A DNA stretch of 64,000 bases from Deltaproteobacteria bacterium RBG_13_43_22 (GTDB taxonomy: Bacteria; Desulfobacterota; RBG-13-43-22). The first letter of the stretch is position 1. Each line of letters opens with the position of its first letter. Where the stretch lies: assembly GCA_001797675.1 (NCBI GenBank), contig MGQB01000030.1, positions 40,077-104,076 of the forward strand, written 5' to 3'. Shown piece after piece: positions 58,143 through 64,000 of the stretch. The translations under genes and the position numbers were made by a program. The notes under the pieces were generated by a model. The model saw nothing but the letters and a program-made list of their open reading frames with translations, did no database searches and had not been told where the DNA came from.

Positions 58143-58838
58143 ATGGGTTTTTTCAGCTATAAAGGAAAAGATTACGAGGTCGATTCGATGAATTTTTTGA
58201 CCCGGTTAAAAGATTGGGATGAAAATTTCGCAGAAGGGATGGCCCTTCAACTGAAAATATCTCAAGGATTGACCATAGAGCACTGGGATGCCATCAATTG
58301 GATTCGTAAGAATTTTTTGGAAAAAGGAGTTTGCCCAAATGTATATGAAACCTGCAGGGTGTGCGGGTTACGCATAGCAGAAATGAGGAGACTTTTCCCG
58401 ACCGGATATTGGAGGGGAGCCTGCAGATTAGCCGGAATGGTCTCCGGGGGGGCTCATCTTGGTCCGGCATTTGACCCGTCTTATCAGCCGGAGACGATGC
58501 CCTTTATGGATTCCTACAATAAAACCTACGAGATCGATGTGCGTGGATTTCTGGTCAATCCGGATGATTGGGATGAATACTATGCCATCTATAGGGCTTT
58601 AGAAATGAAAATTCACGGCGGGAAACTTAACGACAAGCACTGGCAGGTCATTAAATTTCTTCGCGATAGTTACCAGAAGAATAAAGAAGTCCCGAATATC
58701 TATGAGACCTGTGAAGCCAATAAAATTGACCTTGAGGAACTGGAGCGATTATTTCCGGATGGATATCATCGTAGTGCGGTTAAACTGGCAGGGCTCCGCC
58801 TGGGCGGTCCACCATCCAAAAGGGTCAAAGGTGCTTAG
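58143..58838 (+). CDS. Tandem DsrC/TusE-like domain protein lacking the C-terminal Cys arm
   Basis: Two DsrC-like units (YEVD..FL..DWDENFA..LT.EHW.AINWIRKNF...LFPTGY..ACRLAGM and YEID..FLVNPDDWDE..L.DKHWQVIKFLRDSY...LFPDGYHRSAVKLAGL). Ends ..GGPPSKRVKGA without Cys. Confidence 0.75.
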   Translation: MGFFSYKGKDYEVDSMNFLTRLKDWDENFAEGMALQLKISQGLTIEHWDAINWIRKNFLEKGVCPNVYETCRVCGLRIAEMRRLFPTGYWRGACRLAGMVSGGAHLGPAFDPSYQPETMPFMDSYNKTYEIDVRGFLVNPDDWDEYYAIYRALEMKIHGGKLNDKHWQVIKFLRDSYQKNKEVPNIYETCEANKIDLEELERLFPDGYHRSAVKLAGLRLGGPPSKRVKGA

Positions 58839-58908
58839 ACCGATTAACGGGTTCCTGAACCGGCCTTTACCCTGGCCGTAAAGCCAAGGACACCTCGAGA
58901 GCATAAAA

Positions 58909-58966
58909 AGCAGGACTCCCCCTTTAAGCGACCCCGACCGTTGACCGGGGAGACCTGCTTTTTATT
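58909..58966. terminator. Bidirectional terminator-like hairpin between the DsrC-like gene and lptD
   Basis: AGCAGGACTCCCC (58909-58921) pairs with GGGGAGACCTGCT (58947-58959), flanked by AAAAA and TTTTTATT. Confidence 0.6.
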
Positions 58967-58982
58967 GGACAAACCATCAGAG

Positions 58983-61160
58983 CTAAAACTCCCCCAAACC
59001 TTTTAAGGAAAAAGTAAAGTAGATTCTTTTATCGTCTGCTATATCCGAATAATAGATTTTTATCCCCCAGCACTGTTGGGTATAAGTCAGCCCGACCGTG
59101 GTTTCATAATTCTTCTTCTGATCCAGGGAATACCTATTGAGGAAACTGGCCGACCAGAGGGAACTGATGTTCCAGTTCAGGTTGGTATTGAGCTGACGGA
59201 CCTGTTCCCCCGATGAGCTCAGATATTCCACATAAGCGCTGTTGCCCTTTTTATCCGATAAAGTCAAGTTATGACTTTGGTAATCCATCAGTCCGTTGTA
59301 AGGGGACCAGCCCGCGCTGGACCGCAAGGCAAGATAAGAACTGGGGGAGAATTCTAATTGACCGTAAATACTTGAAAAAGGCCTCTTCGACTCAGAAGCG
59401 CTAACCTCTTTTTTCGCCTCGTTGATGTCATAGGTCTGATAAAATTTAATCTGGACAAAATCCAGGTAGCTGAAAAGATCTTCCCCTTGCTTTCCCTTTC
59501 CGCGCAACGATTTCCCCGTAAAGGTATTGATTAAATAATAGGTCACTGTATTGGTCTTGCTGAGCGCCGAAACAAAACTGGGGAGGGAACCCTGGTCGAT
59601 TTCGGGGGTATAATTATAGATGACCTGGGGGCGGATATTATGTTTCATTTTTTGAAACCCACTGCTTTCATCTGAAAATTGAAAGATCTTTTGAATGTCG
59701 GTGGACATATCCAGCCTGAGGTTGGGGACGAAACGGTTACCAAAAGATTTGACTGAAGAACTGAGCTTATTGTCGACCTGATACAAGGTCTCGGTCATGC
59801 TCATTGAGCCTTCCAGCTTTAGATAGTTGCCGAATTTGGTGGGATAGGACAGGGTCGGGGTCAATTCAACCACATGGCCGCGGTCCGATGATTCCCGCCA
59901 ATAATGGTAATAGGAAGAACTCCACTGCAAATACAGGTCTTTCCAGAGGGCCTGTTTGGTGGCGTCAAAAGTGGCGTACGGGAGTTGATTTAAGGTGGTG
60001 GTTGTATCGCCCAATTCCTGATAAAAGGTAAATCCGCCGCTAAAACTGTAAGTACCGAAGTTCTTGGTGAATACGGCGGCGTTCCTCCGGACGAGTTGGG
60101 TTTCATCCTCCAAGTCCCGACTGAAATTGCTTAGGAAGGTCTTCCGATTACGGTCCAGGCCGTTGGGAATGCTCCGAAATTCTTTCAGGTAATCCCGGTC
60201 GCTGACCCAGTCCAAGTCCATCTTCAAGTCCATGTTCCAGGGCAGCCTCTGATTGATCTTGGATCGAAACCAATAACGTTCCGTATAGGGCTTGCTGATA
60301 TTACCTTTTTTATATTCTTCATCACTTAACCCGTCTTTAAAAAGATAATCCAGCATCAGCGTTCCCTTGGAATAGGGTGAAAGGGCATACCGGAATTCAG
60401 CCCCTTGCATCATCCCCCGGCGGCTCATAAAATACTCATTGAAGGTGGCGTCGGTATTATCCGAAATGGCCCAATAGAAAGGAAGGTTGAACGTGATACC
60501 GTCACGGCTTGAATATCCGGGTTCGGGCATTAAAAGGCCGCTCTGCCGCTTGGTTTTGGCCGGGAAAATCATATAAGGGGCATATAGAACCGGGATGTCT
60601 TTTACCCGAAAAGAGGAATGCCAGACCTGCCCATAACCTTCGACGGTCACTATAAATTCCCTGGCCTTGATCTCCCAGGGCACTTTTTCCCCATCACAGG
60701 AGGTAATGGTCCCGTTAAGGACCCGGTAGGAGGATTCCCCTGTTTTCCAGATCTGTTCCCCGGTAACATGGAAATTATTCTTTTTTAAAAAAAGCCTCCC
60801 TTTGGTTACTTCACCGGTTTGTTTTTTTAAATCAACCGTCAATTCCTCTCCGCGAAGCTCATCCCCGTCGGCAGTAAATTCAACATGGCCCCGGGCCTTG
60901 GCGATCATGGTTTTGTGGTCGACTTGGGCGTAATCGCACTTTAAGACCCTGCCCCCTTTTTTGATAATGACCTCTCCGATGGCCGTATAAATTTCAGTAT
61001 CTTGATCGTAAGATAATTCCAGGGCTTCAATATTATAAGGTTCCTTGGCCGTCCCTGCATCCGTTGCCGACCCTTTCACGGCAGCCTGAGAAAAAAGGGC
61101 CGATCCCAAGATCATGGCCGAAAAAATAAAAACCCCGAAGGTCCAAAACCGATTGGGCAT
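58983..61160 (-). CDS. lptD: LPS-assembly protein LptD
   Basis: Signal peptide, an OstA-like N-terminal domain and a large aromatic-rich beta-barrel ending ..SLKGLGEF. The ATG at 61160 follows AGGGAG. Confidence 0.85.
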   Translation of the reverse strand: MPNRFWTFGVFIFSAMILGSALFSQAAVKGSATDAGTAKEPYNIEALELSYDQDTEIYTAIGEVIIKKGGRVLKCDYAQVDHKTMIAKARGHVEFTADGDELRGEELTVDLKKQTGEVTKGRLFLKKNNFHVTGEQIWKTGESSYRVLNGTITSCDGEKVPWEIKAREFIVTVEGYGQVWHSSFRVKDIPVLYAPYMIFPAKTKRQSGLLMPEPGYSSRDGITFNLPFYWAISDNTDATFNEYFMSRRGMMQGAEFRYALSPYSKGTLMLDYLFKDGLSDEEYKKGNISKPYTERYWFRSKINQRLPWNMDLKMDLDWVSDRDYLKEFRSIPNGLDRNRKTFLSNFSRDLEDETQLVRRNAAVFTKNFGTYSFSGGFTFYQELGDTTTTLNQLPYATFDATKQALWKDLYLQWSSSYYHYWRESSDRGHVVELTPTLSYPTKFGNYLKLEGSMSMTETLYQVDNKLSSSVKSFGNRFVPNLRLDMSTDIQKIFQFSDESSGFQKMKHNIRPQVIYNYTPEIDQGSLPSFVSALSKTNTVTYYLINTFTGKSLRGKGKQGEDLFSYLDFVQIKFYQTYDINEAKKEVSASESKRPFSSIYGQLEFSPSSYLALRSSAGWSPYNGLMDYQSHNLTLSDKKGNSAYVEYLSSSGEQVRQLNTNLNWNISSLWSASFLNRYSLDQKKNYETTVGLTYTQQCWGIKIYYSDIADDKRIYFTFSLKGLGEF

Positions 61161-61283
61161 AATCAACTCCCTGGGCTCAAACATAGTGGTCTTGCTTGTC
61201 TTATTAACATATCTTTTTTTGTATTACAACGGAAACCCCTTTCAAACCCAATATAATTCTTGGTTATTTTAAGGTCCTATGGT

Positions 61284-62261
61284 ATGATGATCAGTATGTT
61301 AAATATAAATGATCTCCCCCTCCCAACCTTCTCCCGCCTGGGGAAAAAGGATTCCATTGGTCCATGTTTTATCGGGGTATTGTTCCTTATCCTTCTGCCT
61401 GCACTGGCCTGGTCAAATCCGTCCGAACCCCCGACTTCCGAAGAAGCCCAATTTTCCTTTGCCGGCCATCTCCTGCAGCACAATGATTATTTCCGGGCCA
61501 TTACTGAATTTAAAAGATACCTGTTTCTTTACCCCTCCGGTACCAAGGCGGATGAAGCCAATTACCTTTTGGGAGAGGCCCTGTTTCAAACCAAATCCTA
61601 TCAAGAGGCCGTTATCCATTGGGAAGGGATCCTGAATAAGACCCCCAATACACCCTTTAAAGAAGAAATCCAATTCAAGACGGGAAGGGCTTTTTGGGAA
61701 CTGGGCCGCGAGGATCAGGCCATTCACCTCTGGGAAAAAATCCTTCAGGAGGGCCAATCCTCTTTAAAATCATCTGCCGCTCGGGCCGTTCTTTGGGGTC
61801 TTATCAAACAAAAACGTTATGATCTGGCTCGATTAAAATTAAAAACCCTTCCATTGATGGATTCCGAAAAGGAACTCCATGAGGCCTTTTTTCAGAAATC
61901 TGAAAAAATTCCTTATAAATCCCCAATCACGGCAGGTACCCTGGCGGCCATCCTTCCGGGGGCCGGGCACTTGTATTTAGACCGGCCGCAAGATGCCTTG
62001 ATCGCCTTTAGTATAAACGGGTTATTCACCTGGGCGGCCGTCTCTTCTTTTCAACAGGGCAATAGCGGTCTTGGCGCCCTCTTGACCTTTATTGAACTGG
62101 CCTGGTATTCGGGAAACATTTACAGCGCTGTGAATACCGCTCACAAGATCAATCGAAAACGGGATACTAACTTTTTGGAAGGATATGGGGTCCGGTTCGG
62201 ACTCCTCTCCTCGAATCCCCATTCTCCAGGCCTGTTTTTGGTGCTGCATCGTGCTTTTTAA
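61284..62261 (+). CDS. TPR-repeat protein with C-terminal membrane segment
   Basis: Hydrophobic N-terminal segment, TPR-like helices (YFRAITEFKRYLFLYP, ANYLLGEALFQ) and C-terminal LPGAGHLYL..TM helices. The start is uncertain (61260-61296). Confidence 0.6.
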   Translation: MMISMLNINDLPLPTFSRLGKKDSIGPCFIGVLFLILLPALAWSNPSEPPTSEEAQFSFAGHLLQHNDYFRAITEFKRYLFLYPSGTKADEANYLLGEALFQTKSYQEAVIHWEGILNKTPNTPFKEEIQFKTGRAFWELGREDQAIHLWEKILQEGQSSLKSSAARAVLWGLIKQKRYDLARLKLKTLPLMDSEKELHEAFFQKSEKIPYKSPITAGTLAAILPGAGHLYLDRPQDALIAFSINGLFTWAAVSSFQQGNSGLGALLTFIELAWYSGNIYSAVNTAHKINRKRDTNFLEGYGVRFGLLSSNPHSPGLFLVLHRAF

Positions 62262-62378
62262 AAAAGACCGCCCCGATAAAAGTTTAATGGGCCTTTGCTC
62301 CGCAAGCCCGCGCTTCTTGGCCTCGGAGCTTTCCACTATCCCGTTCCCTTTGATAAATTTTTCATTCAAAGCATAAAA

Positions 62379-62822
62379 ATGAATTTCTTCAAAATCCGAA
62401 ATCAGAAATCCGGAAAATATTCCCAAAAAATTTTTTTTATCTTTCTGGTTATTTTGCTTCTGACCGTTCCCGGTAAAGGTTTTGGGGAGAACCCGTCTCC
62501 GGCCCAGTCCCCGGACCGTTCTTCCCTGTTTGCCTTAGGTATCGAAGGTTATCAGAAACTCCTCTCCCCTGTCCTGGCCTCTCAATGCCCCATGCAGCCC
62601 AGTTGTTCGGCCTATGCAAAACAGGCCCTATACGAATATGGGCCGTTTCTCGGCCTGCTACTTACCGTAGACCGCCTTTTCCATGAAGCCAATGAGAACC
62701 GAACCTCTCCTTTGGTCAGACAGGGGGAGCAATTAAAATTATACGATCCTCCTTCCGCCAATGTATGGTGGCGTCAACCCCCGATGCCGGATACCGGATC
62801 CGGGAAGCCCGATACAAAATAA
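62379..62822 (+). CDS. YidD-like (membrane protein insertion efficiency factor domain) protein with signal-anchor
   Basis: GYQKLLSPVLASQCPMQPSCSAYAKQALYEYG matches the YidD/haemolytic-domain core. It has an extra N-terminal TM and a C-terminal tail. Confidence 0.65.
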   Translation: MNFFKIRNQKSGKYSQKIFFIFLVILLLTVPGKGFGENPSPAQSPDRSSLFALGIEGYQKLLSPVLASQCPMQPSCSAYAKQALYEYGPFLGLLLTVDRLFHEANENRTSPLVRQGEQLKLYDPPSANVWWRQPPMPDTGSGKPDTK

Positions 62823-62897
62823 ATCCCAAACCCAAATGTCCAAATGACCCCAACGGACTTTCCCCGTTTTCACTTTTTTATTTAATTCATGTCAATT

Positions 62898-62924
62898 GGT
62901 TTCGGATTTCGGATTTCGAATTTT
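62898..62924. repeat. GGATTTC-unit arm (third locus of the 9451/12783 family)
   Basis: GGTTTCGGATTTCGGATTTCGAATTTT. Only a degenerate partner arm (AAATCCCAAACCCAAA at 62821-62836) is present. Confidence 0.55.
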
Positions 62925-62946
62925 ATTATCCGGTATCGGGCATCGT

Positions 62947-64000
62947 TTACTTCAACTCCGGCCATCTCTTTTTTAATTCATCGGCTAATTCGGCATAGGG
63001 TCCCTGGGCCTTGGCAATAAATTTCTGATAATGTTCAAGGGCCTTGCTTTCCACCCCTTGTTTTTCCCATAAAAGGCCCAAATTGTAATGGGCTTCTATA
63101 TTTTCCGAATCGTGCTCCAGGGCCTTCAGAAGACATTTTCGGGCCTGTTCCATCTGACCCTGCCTGTTTAAAACCACGGCCAGATTGATATAGGCCGGTA
63201 TAAAGCCCCGATCCAGATCCAGAATCTTTCTGAACTGGTTTCCGGCTTCTTCCATTTTTCCCAGATTCAGATAGAAGAGTCCTAAATTGTTAAATCCCTT
63301 TAGATAACGGGGGTTCAGGGATAAGGCCTTTTGGAACATCTCCAAGGCCTGGGTATAACGCTTTTGGGTCTGATAGATCAGGCCCAGATTATTATAGGTT
63401 TCCCAGTGATTGGGTCGCATGAACAATATTTCCTGGTAATCTTGGATGGCCTCAGGGAAAAGGTGCTTTTGCTGATTCCGAACCGCCTCATTAAACAACC
63501 GGACCACCTGAAGGGAGTCCGGTTCTTCCTGTTCTGTTATGGGTTTGGGGGGTTCCGGAACCTCACTCGACGGTCTGGTTTCGGTGACCGCCTTCCTGGA
63601 CGGAGAAGGTCTTGGAAAAATCCTGGCCGTTGTTTTCGGAAGGATAAATCTGGGGAAAGCGGCCTTGGTCTTTTTGACCGGCCCCTTGATAGTCGACTCT
63701 TTCTCCTGGGCCGGAAACGGCTGAGGACCTTTGGTCTCATCCTTTTCCGGACTTTTGATCTGGATGGCCACTTTTTCTTGGTCCGGAGGAGTTTCCGGAG
63801 ATTTTTTCTCAATTTTTTTAACGACAAATTTTGGGGCTGGAGAAGATTGAATTTTCCAGAGGGGCCAGCTGAAGGGGAAAAAATAAAAGGCAAAAACTCC
63901 GACCAGGCACAATAATAAAAGAAGGCCAAGACCATATTTGACGGCCGTTAAAGAACCACGCCTTTTCCTTCGGGCTTTTTGGTCGGGCGTTAAGGGTGAA
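62947..64000 (-). CDS. TPR-repeat protein (partial; frame stays open to the window edge)
   Basis: C-terminal half has multiple TPR units (YNNLGLIYQ, FNNLGLFYL, YINLAVVL, HYNLGLLW). The reading frame stays open through ..RRKRRGSLTAVKYGLGLLLLLCLVGVFAFYFF to 64000, so the true start is probably outside the window. Confidence 0.7.
   Translation of the reverse strand, partial: SPLTPDQKARRKRRGSLTAVKYGLGLLLLLCLVGVFAFYFFPFSWPLWKIQSSPAPKFVVKKIEKKSPETPPDQEKVAIQIKSPEKDETKGPQPFPAQEKESTIKGPVKKTKAAFPRFILPKTTARIFPRPSPSRKAVTETRPSSEVPEPPKPITEQEEPDSLQVVRLFNEAVRNQQKHLFPEAIQDYQEILFMRPNHWETYNNLGLIYQTQKRYTQALEMFQKALSLNPRYLKGFNNLGLFYLNLGKMEEAGNQFRKILDLDRGFIPAYINLAVVLNRQGQMEQARKCLLKALEHDSENIEAHYNLGLLWEKQGVESKALEHYQKFIAKAQGPYAELADELKKRWPELK

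Overview
This 64-kb window comes from a moderate-GC bacterial chromosome. Gene content and order look Desulfobacterota/deltaproteobacterial, but that taxon call is an inference. Positions 1-30 kb form a compact, almost all plus-strand housekeeping block: DUF465, macro-domain protein, MFS transporter, FKBP isomerase, thiE-thiL-thiM, xerC-hslV-hslU, argB-argD-argF-argG-argH, an Fn3 lipoprotein, lysA-dapF-dapB-dapL, folK, a TRASH/YHS mini-protein, tal, a lytic transglycosylase, pgsA, csp, rph-rdgB, tRNA-Pro(TGG), a LEA_2 lipoprotein, murJ and tRNA-Leu(TAA). Right after tRNA-Leu the architecture changes. A visibly GC-richer block (carboxymuconolactone decarboxylase, beta-hydroxyacid dehydrogenase, TAXI-TRAP transporter) is followed by a mostly minus-strand accessory region (35-58 kb). 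That region is rich in acyl-CoA and flavin enzymes: a Tat-exported beta-CA-like protein, a COG2509 flavoprotein, a flavin reductase, two hotdog hydratases, a membrane-anchored penicillin/AHL-type acylase, an AbfD-like dehydratase, two family III CoA-transferases, a crotonase, an Isf flavoprotein, an SDR, an FNR-like reductase and an ACS-alpha-like protein. It also carries a secreted B-lectin, a tandem DsrC-like protein and decay marks (IS110 fragment, truncated crotonase, possible DJ-1 stub). The window ends with lptD, a TPR/YidD-like pair and a partial TPR gene. I saw no rRNA, CRISPR array, intact transposase or integrase, or recognisable defence genes. The main second-look items are: a folK frame break inside an A10 run; a pervasive class of intergenic hairpins whose arms are tandem 7-9 nt units; a MITE-like element with 15-nt terminal inverted repeats; a stereotyped promoter cassette shared by four accessory transcription units; and several unusual proteins (single-domain B-lectin, tandem Cys-less DsrC, AbfD-like protein with altered cluster ligands). 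I cannot name a clearly novel system. The best candidate is the co-regulated-looking accessory acyl-CoA locus.
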